A stretch of DNA of 64,000 nucleotides from an uncultured Planctomycetales bacterium. Its GTDB lineage: Bacteria; Omnitrophota; Gorgyraeia; Zapsychrales; JANLHA01. The notes beneath the pieces were generated by a model. The model was not told where the DNA came from, searched no databases, and saw only the letters and a list, made by a program, of their open reading frames with translations. The stretch spans positions 4,952 to 68,951 of the forward strand of contig CAZQQI010000001.1 in the NCBI GenBank assembly GCA_964595465.1. Direction: 5' to 3'. The translations under genes and the position numbers were made by a program. Below are positions 1-8,702 of the stretch, in pieces (within the stretch, counting starts at the first letter, position 1; each line of letters opens with the position of its first letter).

Positions 1-13
1 CCGTCACAGCATA

Positions 14-184
14 TCAGGAAAACTCCGGCGGATCGCCCTCCTCATCCTCAAACTGAGCTTCCAGCAAATCCGAGATATAGTTCAGCTTTTTTAAAACCAG
101 TATGGGGAAGATCGCGAACATCCAAACATTGATCATGAGGATGACGACCTGCTGAAGCGGGGTAAATGAAAACACGTTTTCCAT
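14..184 (-). CDS. small membrane protein, unknown function (56 aa, one TM)
   Basis: ORF 14..208; the internal ATG at 184 has an AAGGAG SD 9 nt upstream while the ATG at 208 has none. Hydrophobic core VVILMINVWMFAIFPILVL; acidic C-terminus. Last gene of the PilZ operon. Confidence 0.35.
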   Translation of the reverse strand: MENVFSFTPLQQVVILMINVWMFAIFPILVLKKLNYISDLLEAQFEDEEGDPPEFS

Positions 185-197
185 ACCTGCAGACTCC

Positions 198-569
198 TTA
201 ATCTTCATTCAGACGGTTCTGGACATATTCTTTCAGCACGCTGGAATCTTTTTCCTGAATGTCATAGAAAAAAATCGCGACATGATAGGCTCCGGAATCC
301 GGGATGGCCTCAGTTCTGACCACCACACCGCCGCAGGAGATCTTGCGTGTCTGGTTTTTATCCTTACGCCGGATAGTCAGCAGCAGCTGAATATCCAGTT
401 TGGTCATCGGTTCAATGTAATTGCTGACCCGGCAGTACACACCGGACCGGCTCAAATTCTGGGTTTCGGTCACCGCATCGAATTCCGTCGTGCAGATCTT
501 AACCGGGAGACTGCTGTCCACGCGGGGATAGCGGCGGCGCTCGTTCTGTTCGTTTTTATGATCGTTCAT
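198..569 (-). CDS. PilZ domain protein (c-di-GMP receptor family)
   Basis: RxxxR motif (RRRYPRV) near the N-terminus and D/NxSxxG motif (NLSRSG). ATG start verified. Confidence 0.7.
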   Translation of the reverse strand: MNDHKNEQNERRRYPRVDSSLPVKICTTEFDAVTETQNLSRSGVYCRVSNYIEPMTKLDIQLLLTIRRKDKNQTRKISCGGVVVRTEAIPDSGAYHVAIFFYDIQEKDSSVLKEYVQNRLNED

Positions 570-600
570 GAATGATCCTTGCCGGTGAGGCGTTATCCTC

Positions 601-777
601 TTACGAAGACGCTTCTTCCTTCTGCTCGGCAGCCTCTTCCGCCGCCTTCTCCCTGGCTTTTCGCCAGCAATTCGGATTGCAGTAATATTTGCCGTTACGG
701 TAATAGCGCTTGGCGCGATGCGCGGTCTTTTTGCAGAATGCGCATTTTTTTAGATCTTCATTCTTCTCGTCTGCCAT
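601..777 (-). CDS. small zinc-ribbon protein (58 aa)
   Basis: CAFCKK...YYCNPNC spacing of a CxxC...CxxxC ribbon, with a K/E/A-rich tail. ATG at 777 preceded by AAGGAG. Confidence 0.45.
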   Translation of the reverse strand: MADEKNEDLKKCAFCKKTAHRAKRYYRNGKYYCNPNCWRKAREKAAEEAAEQKEEASS

Positions 778-806
778 AACACACTCAACTCCTTTCAGGG
801 GTTTAA

Positions 807-1130
807 CTAAACAATATAGCGTTGTATCTTGTCCCGCGGACAAGCATTAATATCTTTTTCACCGAATTCCACGCCGATCAAATAAGAATCACTATGCGGA
901 ATACGGCGGGCCCACACCACCTGGCCTTCTAAATGAACCTGATGGGCGCCTTCCAACGGGAACTGCGTAAAGATCTGCTCTCTTAAGGGGATGAAATGCT
1001 CCGCGCGGATACGCAGACCGCCTTCACTCAGATCACGGCTTACGCAGGACTCGTTGATTTTCCCGTGCTCCATCCGGAATCTTACCGGACGGCGGAACGG
1101 CACCCTTTTATACCGGCGTTGTTCTGCCAA
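807..1130 (-). CDS. PilZ domain protein
   Basis: RRYKRV (RxxxR) and DLSEGG (DxSxxG) motifs. TTG start with an AAGGAG SD 5 nt upstream. Confidence 0.7.
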   Translation of the reverse strand: MAEQRRYKRVPFRRPVRFRMEHGKINESCVSRDLSEGGLRIRAEHFIPLREQIFTQFPLEGAHQVHLEGQVVWARRIPHSDSYLIGVEFGEKDINACPRDKIQRYIV

Positions 1131-1237
1131 ACCAACTCCTTTTCCTGCATAAAATCTTTGCAGAATTATAACATAGATTCAAGGTGAAACAATATTTTTT
1201 TCCCGCGGCAAAAGCGGAAACCCTGCTGTTTTTCTCT

Positions 1238-1265
1238 TTGTCATGATACCGGAACATGTTATAAT
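1238..1265 (+). promoter_or_regulatory. sigma70-like promoter TTGTCA-16-TATAAT ending 6 nt before the ATG of the exeA-like gene (leaderless or near-leaderless mRNA)
   Basis: Hexamers read directly: TTGTCA 1238-1243, TATAAT 1260-1265, ATG at 1272. No SD between the -10 and the ATG. Confidence 0.4.
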
Positions 1266-1271
1266 CCAGCC

Positions 1272-2084
1272 ATGTACCAGGAATTCTACGGATTCAGAGA
1301 ACTTCCGTTTAATGTCACTTCAGATCCGGACTTCTTTTTTCCCAGTTCGATCCACGAAGAGGCCTTCTCCCATTTAATGTACGGTATTAAACACCGCAAG
1401 GGCGTTCTGGTAATTTCCGGAGAGATCGGAACCGGCAAAACCACTCTCTGCCGCAATCTGCTCGAACGGGTTGATACAACCGTCCGGACCGCCTTGATCC
1501 TTAATCCCTATTTTTCCGAAGCCCAGCTTTTGCGCATAATCCTGGAAGACCTGGGCATTGAAGGCTGTTTCCGCAACAAACTGGAATTGATCCATGCCCT
1601 CAACGATTACCTGCTGGCAGAGTCTGCTGAAGGCAATAATGTGGTCCTGATCATTGACGAGGCCCAGGACCTGAAACCGCGTCAACTCGAACAGATCCGC
1701 CTGCTCTCCAATCTCGAAACACAAAAACATAAATTATTGCAGATCATCCTGGTGGGTCAACCCGAACTGCTGGATATTCTTCGCCGGGATGATATGCGCC
1801 AGATCAACCAGCGGATCTCTGTCCGCTACCACATCATGCCCTTGAAAAAAGAAGAGATCACGGATTACGTTTATCACCGCCTGAAGATCGCGGCCCAATC
1901 CCAAAACGGATCACGCCCGGCAGAATTTACACCCGAAGCCGTAGACGCCTTATATCATTTTTCGCGCGGCACGCCGCGCCTAATCAACATCATCTGCGAC
2001 CGGGCCCTGCTGCTGGGTTTCGTCAACGGATCACACACCATCGACCAGGCCATGATCTGCAAAAGCGCGAAAGAAACCAGCTGA
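1272..2084 (+). CDS. ExeA/GspA-like AAA ATPase (short form, no peptidoglycan-binding domain)
   Basis: Walker A GEIGTGKTT, Walker B LIIDEAQ; overall similarity to the ExeA/GspA family of secretin-assembly ATPases. Confidence 0.75.
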   Translation: MYQEFYGFRELPFNVTSDPDFFFPSSIHEEAFSHLMYGIKHRKGVLVISGEIGTGKTTLCRNLLERVDTTVRTALILNPYFSEAQLLRIILEDLGIEGCFRNKLELIHALNDYLLAESAEGNNVVLIIDEAQDLKPRQLEQIRLLSNLETQKHKLLQIILVGQPELLDILRRDDMRQINQRISVRYHIMPLKKEEITDYVYHRLKIAAQSQNGSRPAEFTPEAVDALYHFSRGTPRLINIICDRALLLGFVNGSHTIDQAMICKSAKETS

Positions 2085-2163
2085 ATATTCAGCAGTCCAG
2101 CAATAAAGCTCTGCCGTTTAACATAACTCTAGCAATTGATTTCTGTCCAAAGGATAACATGAC

Positions 2164-2655
2164 ATGAGCACCATCCACGACGCCTTGAAAAAAGTCCAGC
2201 AAAAAATGTCCCCTGGCAAAGAAAACGTCCGGGAAAATCCTGTGACCAGCGGCCTTTCCCCTCAGGAAAAACAGGACGCCGAACAGCCCGGAACACCTTC
2301 CCCCTCCCCCAAAATAAACCCCAAACGGCCGACACTTTTCCGGATATTCCTGGCAGCCTTCTTCTGCCTGATCCTAGCCGGTACCATAACCTATCTGATC
2401 TATATCCGCGGCGTTTCTCACCAAAGCCCGTCAGCTTCCACGATCATAACCTCCGCGCAGGACCAGGCTGAACCGATCCGCCTCAAACTCAACGGCATCA
2501 GCCGCATTGAAGGGCGCAAGGTCGCCCTGATCAACAATGAAATTTATGAGCAGGGACAGACCGTCAGCGGTCTGACAGTGGAATCGATCGCTATGGGCCA
2601 GGTCGTTCTAACAGACCCCAGCGGCGCGCGCCAGATCCTGAAGGTGATGCCATAA
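2164..2655 (+). CDS. GspB/ExeB-like membrane-anchored protein
   Basis: One TM (LFRIFLAAFFCLILAGTITYLIY) and a C-terminal segment LKLNGISRIEGRKVALINNEIYEQGQTVSGLTVESI resembling the T2SS-B (GspB) C-domain. Immediately follows the exeA-like gene. Confidence 0.5.
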   Translation: MSTIHDALKKVQQKMSPGKENVRENPVTSGLSPQEKQDAEQPGTPSPSPKINPKRPTLFRIFLAAFFCLILAGTITYLIYIRGVSHQSPSASTIITSAQDQAEPIRLKLNGISRIEGRKVALINNEIYEQGQTVSGLTVESIAMGQVVLTDPSGARQILKVMP

Positions 2656-2667
2656 GCGGCTAAAAAA

Positions 2668-2702
2668 CAAATGGCGAATTGAGAATAGGGAATAGCGAAC
2701 CG
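2668..2702 (+). repeat. tandem heptad repeat array (5 x NRAATRG: CAAATGG CGAATTG AGAATAG GGAATAG CGAACCG) immediately 3' of the gspB-like stop
   Basis: Read directly from the sequence; period 7. Followed by the hairpin ctgtac-tgtccgg-gtacag at 2705..2723. A homologous array sits at 13836..13877 on the minus strand. Confidence 0.5.
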
Positions 2703-2704
2703 CG

Positions 2705-2723
2705 CTGTACTGTCCGGGTACAG
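2705..2723 (+). terminator. 6-bp stem-loop after the heptad array (convergent gene-end region)
   Basis: ctgtac / gtacag inverted repeat with a 7-nt loop. No clear U-tract. Confidence 0.25.
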
Positions 2724-2815
2724 GTGACAATCATTACGTTCATATTGTGTCGGGATCGATTTCAAGAATCCGGAGCAGCCTAAGCCCGGATCAATCGAAG
2801 GAAGACGTTTCCCGC

Positions 2816-3940
2816 TTAAAATAATGTCCCGGCATCTTCGCCCGGCTGTTGCAGATATTTGCTGACCGCCCGCCGGATCGCTTCTTCCGGAACATCCTCC
2901 ACGATCTTAACACTGCCGAGAGCGTTCATTAAGACAAAACGATTGCGGCCGGTATGAAATTTTTTGTCATGCCGCATCGGCTCCAATAAGGTATCCAGCG
3001 GCATCCCCTTGATCTTTTCCGGCAGACCCAGCCGTGTCAGCAGGTCATTCAGCCGGCGGGCGTCATCTTCCGGGATCATCCCGCATAAAAGCGATATCTC
3101 CGCGGCGGCCCGCATCCCCAGAGCCACAGCTTCACCATGCTGATACGGCTCATAAGCGGAAGACGCTTCAACAGCATGTCCGATAGTATGGCCGAAATTC
3201 AAAATCGTCCGCAGGCCCTGGCTCTCGCGTTCATCACGGCTGACAATACTGGCCTTGATCCGGCTGCAGAGATAGACGGTTTCCGTAAGGGGCTTCTGTT
3301 CAAGCCTTAGCAGGGCGTCAGCATTGGCTTCAATAAAGGCAAACAGATTCTTGTCACAGATGACACCGTACTTAACCGCTTCGGACAGGCCGTTGCGGAT
3401 CTGCCTCAGGTCAAGCGTCCGCAGAAGATCCACATCGGTATAGACCAGACGCGGATGATAAAACGCGCCCACCAGATTTTTCCCGAAAGGAAGGTCCACC
3501 GCGACCTTGCCCCCCATAGCGGAATCAATCTGGGCCAGCAGTGTTGTGGGAACCTGCACGTAGGGGATCCCGCGGCGGTACGCAGCGGCCACATAACCGG
3601 CCAGATCTCCGACCACGCCTCCGCCAAAGGCGATGATAAAGACATTTTTCCCCGCATATTCTTCAGCGATACGCCTGATCAGATCAAATGCACATTCCGC
3701 GGACTTGCTGGATTCTCCGCTGGGGACGTCCAAAAATCCCACGCCGAACCCGGCATCACGCAGAGCCGAAGAGAGCTCAGCGCCATGATGCTGGTGTATC
3801 ACCGGGTTGGTCACGATAACGGCATCCGTCCCGATATTCTGTCTTTTAATTTCCGCCGCCAGCTCGGACAATATGCCGTGGCCGATCATAATAGGATAAC
3901 TTTGCTGATCCGGCTGAAATTCGATTTTAATCGGTCGCAT
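2816..3940 (-). CDS. aroB: 3-dehydroquinate synthase
   Basis: 374 aa with full-length AroB similarity (GGGVVGDLAGYVAAAYRRGIPYVQVPTTLLAQIDSAMGGK; HTIGHAVE metal-site motif). Confidence 0.9.
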   Translation of the reverse strand: MRPIKIEFQPDQQSYPIMIGHGILSELAAEIKRQNIGTDAVIVTNPVIHQHHGAELSSALRDAGFGVGFLDVPSGESSKSAECAFDLIRRIAEEYAGKNVFIIAFGGGVVGDLAGYVAAAYRRGIPYVQVPTTLLAQIDSAMGGKVAVDLPFGKNLVGAFYHPRLVYTDVDLLRTLDLRQIRNGLSEAVKYGVICDKNLFAFIEANADALLRLEQKPLTETVYLCSRIKASIVSRDERESQGLRTILNFGHTIGHAVEASSAYEPYQHGEAVALGMRAAAEISLLCGMIPEDDARRLNDLLTRLGLPEKIKGMPLDTLLEPMRHDKKFHTGRNRFVLMNALGSVKIVEDVPEEAIRRAVSKYLQQPGEDAGTLF

Positions 3941-4112
3941 CTTTCTCCCTCACATTAATCCGGTCAGATGATTTTGCTGTTCTTTGAGTTTGTATTATTC
4001 GGAAGGTGTGGCAACAATACGGTGATCATATTCTGCCGTCTTTTATAATACAATATGCCCTCTGTTAATTGTCACCGGCATCCCGAACAATACAGCGCTA
4101 TTCCCTGGCACA

Positions 4113-4715
4113 TCATACCTTCACGCCCATCATCCCCGCGAGCACTTCCACGCCCAGCCAGATCACACGGAAAAGGCCGAGATTCAGCAGGACCAGGACC
4201 ACAATGATCCCGTACCGTTCAAAACGCAGATACTGCCTCATCAACCCGTCCGGCAGTAAAGAGGCCACCACCCGCGACCCGTCCAGAGGAGGAATCGGGA
4301 TCAGGTTGAAAACCGCAAGGACCAGATTGACGATCAGAGCCGTTGTCAGAAAACTGCGCGCCGGCCAGGACCAGGCAAAAGATTTAAGGATGAGACTGAA
4401 AAGGAAAGCGATACAAATATTAGTCAATGGTCCCGACGCGCCCACCAAAAGCATATCTCTTTTAGGATCTTTCAGACGGGAAAAATCAACCGGCACCGGG
4501 CGGGCCCACCCCAAAGGCGCAAACCCCATCAAACGCAGGACCACCGGTACAATGATCGTGCCCACGGGATCAATATGTTTAAGCGGGTTCAAGGTCAGCC
4601 GGCCGGCATCACGCGCAGTGGTATCGCCCCGCCATAATGCCGTCAGGCCGTGGGCGCATTCGTGCGCGATCACCGAGAAAAGCACGATCGCTATGATCTT
4701 AACAAATTCCAGCAT
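4113..4715 (-). CDS. site-2 protease family (M50) zinc metalloprotease
   Basis: HExxH (HECAHG) inside a TM helix, a second conserved LDG motif, multiple TM segments. Confidence 0.8.
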   Translation of the reverse strand: MLEFVKIIAIVLFSVIAHECAHGLTALWRGDTTARDAGRLTLNPLKHIDPVGTIIVPVVLRLMGFAPLGWARPVPVDFSRLKDPKRDMLLVGASGPLTNICIAFLFSLILKSFAWSWPARSFLTTALIVNLVLAVFNLIPIPPLDGSRVVASLLPDGLMRQYLRFERYGIIVVLVLLNLGLFRVIWLGVEVLAGMMGVKV

Positions 4716-4734
4716 GCTGTGTTCCGCTGCTCAA

Positions 4735-5574
4735 TTATAAAACGAGTTTGATCCTGGTCACCAGAACGACTGGATAAGCTGCCCCGTCATCTTCTTCGGC
4801 CAGACCTTTGATATGAACCTTCTGGTTTAAATAACCGTCCAGCACATTACGGTAGCCTTTAAGCAAATAGGTCTGACCGTCTTCATCCTTGACCCAGTGA
4901 CGCACCTGGGGAGACACGGCATCCTCCCCCAGGCTGTAGACCACAGCTGTGAGCGATCTCTCCCGGGCCTGACGTTCAGCACGGCGGCGTTCCTCCTCTG
5001 CCCGGAGGCGTTCCTCTTCCTGGTGCTGCAAAACATAAACATTACGGGTGGGCAGTTCGACAACGCGGACAGGCGGGATCGTGTCATCAGCATAGGCCAG
5101 AAAATCATCTTTGATCCAGCCGGTCACGCCTTCGACAGGGGCGATCTCATACCATCCGTCGTCCCCGCGGTCCTTGACCCGGACCAGAGTCCCTTCGCTC
5201 AGCTGGCCGACCACGGCGGACCGGCCATCGGGGCGTGAGCGGATATTGACGCGGCTGCCGCTGATCCGGCCGATGCCGTCCCGCAAATATTCGACCAGCT
5301 CTCCATAAACAAAGACCGAAAAATCCTCTGGGAGCCGGATCTCCTGCCAACTGTAGCTTGTGCCGAGGACAACAACTCTGTCGCCCAGAGACAACTGGCC
5401 GAGACGATCAAAATTGCGGTTCTGACCGGCGCGCACATTCACGGAATCGACGATCACCTGAGCCACATATGGCGGGGTGCGTGTCTCTTCCGCAGCACAA
5501 GCCCGTTTTTCCGCAGGCATACTTCCGGCGACCATGCTCAGCACGATCAGAATTGTGGGGAATGTTCTGCGCAT
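4735..5574 (-). CDS. secreted SH3b-domain protein with central coiled-coil
   Basis: Signal peptide; two bacterial SH3-like segments (GTSYSWQEIRL...; GDDGWYEIAPVEGVTGWI); the charged repeat EEERLRAEEERRRAERQARER. Confidence 0.55.
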   Translation of the reverse strand: MRRTFPTILIVLSMVAGSMPAEKRACAAEETRTPPYVAQVIVDSVNVRAGQNRNFDRLGQLSLGDRVVVLGTSYSWQEIRLPEDFSVFVYGELVEYLRDGIGRISGSRVNIRSRPDGRSAVVGQLSEGTLVRVKDRGDDGWYEIAPVEGVTGWIKDDFLAYADDTIPPVRVVELPTRNVYVLQHQEEERLRAEEERRRAERQARERSLTAVVYSLGEDAVSPQVRHWVKDEDGQTYLLKGYRNVLDGYLNQKVHIKGLAEEDDGAAYPVVLVTRIKLVL

Positions 5575-5587
5575 GCCTCTTTCGGCG

Positions 5588-5797
5588 TTAGGATTCGGCT
5601 TTCTTTTCGCCTTCTTCTTCCTTGGGGGATTTGCGGCTGGCTTTAACCTTAACGATCTTGGTCTTGGGCAGCTTGGTCACGCGCCCTTCCTGCCACGTGC
5701 CTTTTTTCATAAGGTCTTTGATGCGTTCGATCCTCGTCAAAACAGTGCGCTGCTGCGCACCGGCGGTGTCGACTTTGAGTGATGGGTGTAATGACAT
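5588..5797 (-). CDS. small basic protein, unknown function (69 aa)
   Basis: ATG at 5797 with a GGAG SD. K-rich tail KVKASRKSPKEEEGEKKAES. No family recognised. Confidence 0.4.
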   Translation of the reverse strand: MSLHPSLKVDTAGAQQRTVLTRIERIKDLMKKGTWQEGRVTKLPKTKIVKVKASRKSPKEEEGEKKAES

Positions 5798-5799
5798 AA

Positions 5800-6420
5800 T
5801 CACAAACTCCTTATTAAACAATCATGGAATGTTTTTCGTAATCGTTCCTGCAGGTCCAACGCGGCGACTTTTCTGCCGTACCGGCCCACGCAGACAATAT
5901 AATACGAACCCTTTTGGGCGATGAAGGCATCATAGCCGTCATCCATCAGATCCCGGACTAATGTATCCGCCCGGTTTTGCCGTTGGAAAGATGCTACCTG
6001 AACAGTATAGGTTTTGTCAACTGTTTTCTTGCGTTCAGGCTCACTTTTTGGCGGTTTTGGCTGTTTTTCGGCCTGTTTCGCGGCTTTTTGCAATTCCAGC
6101 GGCTGCGCGTCCGCTAAAACATCTTCTGCCCGGGCCGCTGCAGGAGCAGTCGGTGCCAAAGCAGGCGGCGGCTCTTTCGATACTGCGGTCTTTACCGGAC
6201 CGGATTGATATTCTCTGATAATCAGACGCCGCCCCTTTTCTACTCCGAATGAAAACGCGACAACCATTCCCAAAATAAAAGCAACCACACAAATAATGGC
6301 ATTTTCCACGGACACATGAAATGAACTGGCTGCCAGCTTGCCTTTACGGCTGGTTTTTTTTCCGGACACGGCTCCGGGGAATAACTCAAACTGAGATGGA
6401 CGCTTGGGAGACAGGTTCAT
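5800..6420 (-). CDS. SPOR domain protein (cell division / septal peptidoglycan binding), membrane anchored
   Basis: One TM, a P/A-rich linker and a C-terminal SPOR-like segment YTVQVASFQRQNRADTLVRDLMDDGYDAFI. Confidence 0.65.
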   Translation of the reverse strand: MNLSPKRPSQFELFPGAVSGKKTSRKGKLAASSFHVSVENAIICVVAFILGMVVAFSFGVEKGRRLIIREYQSGPVKTAVSKEPPPALAPTAPAAARAEDVLADAQPLELQKAAKQAEKQPKPPKSEPERKKTVDKTYTVQVASFQRQNRADTLVRDLMDDGYDAFIAQKGSYYIVCVGRYGRKVAALDLQERLRKTFHDCLIRSL

Positions 6421-6441
6421 ATATATATTTTATCATGAGCG

Positions 6442-7521
6442 TCAAATGTTCTGACGCAATTGCTGTAGCTGTTTTCGGAACGGCTTATGCTTGTACAGCT
6501 CGCGGAAAGCCTTCACCACTTTCGGATCAAACTGGGTCCCGCTGTTATGGGTCACTTCTTCCACGGCTTCGGGAATATTCAGCTGCTTCCGGTAGGGCCG
6601 TTCACTGATCATAGCCTCAAAGGCATCGACCACCCCCATGATCCGGGCTCCCAGCGGGATCTGCTCCTTGACCAGGCCCGATGGATAACCGCTGCCGTCA
6701 TATTTTTCGTGATGATAAAGGATAATCGGCAGGACCGGCTTGAGAAACCCCACCGGCCGGATCAGATCCGCGCTCTTGGTCGGCATATCCCGAATAACCT
6801 TGAATTCTCCCGACGTCAGCTGACTGCGCTTGGAAAGAATGTCATAAGGAACATCCAGCGCGCCGGCATCATGCAGGATACTCGCATAATAAAGGTTCTC
6901 TATCCCCTGCTCACTCATACGCATCTTTTCCGCCAGGGCCTTGACCACATTGAAATAAGCCGAGGTCTGCTTCATCGTGCGGTGACTTTTCCGCTGAAGC
7001 AGCTGACCGATGAAACGGATACTGCTCAAAATGGTCCCCTGCTGCTGTTCATTAAACTGCTGATTCCGTATCGCCGTCACGCTTTGTTCAGCAAACACAG
7101 CGAGCAGTTCACGGTCGAAATCCGTGAACGGGACATCCCGCGAAGAACGCTTGACAAAAATGGCGCCGACGATCTCATCGGCGACCAGGGGCAGGCCGAT
7201 CATGCGCTTTTCGATCAGAGGATACCCTTCTGTGACGCGCATCTCTTTGGCCGGGATCTTCTGCAGATCTTTTTTCTTGTCGAGAAAAATATTGATCTTA
7301 TTATTGAAGATGGCGATCATAGCGACCTGTTTCTTCTCCGGATCCAGGATAAAGACCCAGGCCGAATGCGCGTTGATAAACTGGCATAACAGGCGGACCA
7401 GACGCAGAGAAAGCTCTTTCACATTATATGTCGAGTTAACCAGGCGGTAGACCATATGCACCGCGGAAAGGACCAAGCGGTATTTTTTGGCGGAATTGAC
7501 TTTTCCCGTCCCTCTCATCAT
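6442..7521 (-). CDS. GAF domain / HD-GYP phosphodiesterase (cyclic-dinucleotide hydrolase family)
   Basis: HD and HHEKYDGSGYP (HD-GYP signature); N-terminal GAF-like domain. ATG at 7521 (alternative GTG at 7524) overlaps the dgt stop codon. Confidence 0.85.
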   Translation of the reverse strand: MMRGTGKVNSAKKYRLVLSAVHMVYRLVNSTYNVKELSLRLVRLLCQFINAHSAWVFILDPEKKQVAMIAIFNNKINIFLDKKKDLQKIPAKEMRVTEGYPLIEKRMIGLPLVADEIVGAIFVKRSSRDVPFTDFDRELLAVFAEQSVTAIRNQQFNEQQQGTILSSIRFIGQLLQRKSHRTMKQTSAYFNVVKALAEKMRMSEQGIENLYYASILHDAGALDVPYDILSKRSQLTSGEFKVIRDMPTKSADLIRPVGFLKPVLPIILYHHEKYDGSGYPSGLVKEQIPLGARIMGVVDAFEAMISERPYRKQLNIPEAVEEVTHNSGTQFDPKVVKAFRELYKHKPFRKQLQQLRQNI

Positions 7522-8702
7522 CACACCTTCGTATAGGCGTTAAAAAACCGTTTATGCTCATCCATGGCCGCGCGGTCTGTCATCCCGGCGATATGATGGC
7601 AGATGATCGTATACTTGACCTCTTCCGAAATGCGGCCTTCCCGGGGGTAGACGTCGGGAGGAAGCTGCTGAGGCTCATTCAGATAGACCTGAAAAAGGTC
7701 CCGGATAATCCGTTTAGCCTTGGATGTCATCCGCACCACCCGGTGGTGATTGTACAATTTGCGGTGCAGAAGGCCCTGCAGATCATCGCGCAGCGCCTTC
7801 ATCTCGGGGCTGAAACAGACCACCGCCCCGCTGTGCCGCTTAACATCCTCGGCAGAATGGAACCCGCAGGCCTGCAGATTACGGTCAGTATGAACCAGCA
7901 GATCTTTGACCTGCATGTCGATCAGGGCCTTAACCACTTGATAACGCAGCATCTCCAGGTCATCGCGGCTGATGCGTTCTCCCAAAGCATTGACCGCCCG
8001 GCGCCAAAGCTCACTCTCCATAAGATCGTCGATGGTAATACATCCGGACTTCATGCCGTCGTCCACATCATGGTTGAGATAAGCCAGCGAGTCGGCAAAA
8101 TCCACGATCTGGGCCTCAACTGTAGGACCTTCCTCTTCAAACTCTCCGGCCATGCCGGCAATATCATACTGGGTCTGATGCTTAAGGATACCCACCAAAA
8201 CTTCCCGGGTCAGGTTGAGCCCTGTAAAATCCGGGTAGCGTTTCTCAAAGCGGTTCACGATCTCGAAACTGCGCAGATTATGATTAAACCCGGAATACCC
8301 CGCATCCTCCATGATCTGCCCCAGGATCTGCTCACCGGCATGGCCGAACGGCGGATGTCCCAGATCATGGGCCAAAGCGACCGCTTCGATCAGGTCTTCA
8401 TTAAGCGATAGAACCCGCCCCAGAGTCCGGCCGATCTGGGCGACCTCCAGAGTATGCGTCAAACGGGTCCGGTAATAATCGCCCTCAAAAATGACAAAAA
8501 CCTGGGTCTTGTATTCCAGTTTGCGGAAGGCCTGACTATGTACAATACGGTCACGGTCCCGCTGATACGCGGTCCGGTAGGCGTGTACCGGCTCGGGAAC
8601 CGCCCGGCCCCTGCTGTCGCAGCTCTTCATGGCATAAGCGGCCAGAAAACGCACTTCCTGCTCTTCGATCTGTTCACGTGTCTTGAGCATCCTCAGGATC
8701 AT
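7521..8702 (-). CDS. dgt: dGTP triphosphohydrolase-like HD-domain protein
   Basis: RTRLTHTLEVAQIGR...AHDLGHPPFGHAGE HD motif and full-length Dgt-like architecture. ATG at 8702 overlaps the HIT stop (ATGA). Confidence 0.85.
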   Translation of the reverse strand: MILRMLKTREQIEEQEVRFLAAYAMKSCDSRGRAVPEPVHAYRTAYQRDRDRIVHSQAFRKLEYKTQVFVIFEGDYYRTRLTHTLEVAQIGRTLGRVLSLNEDLIEAVALAHDLGHPPFGHAGEQILGQIMEDAGYSGFNHNLRSFEIVNRFEKRYPDFTGLNLTREVLVGILKHQTQYDIAGMAGEFEEEGPTVEAQIVDFADSLAYLNHDVDDGMKSGCITIDDLMESELWRRAVNALGERISRDDLEMLRYQVVKALIDMQVKDLLVHTDRNLQACGFHSAEDVKRHSGAVVCFSPEMKALRDDLQGLLHRKLYNHHRVVRMTSKAKRIIRDLFQVYLNEPQQLPPDVYPREGRISEEVKYTIICHHIAGMTDRAAMDEHKRFFNAYTKV

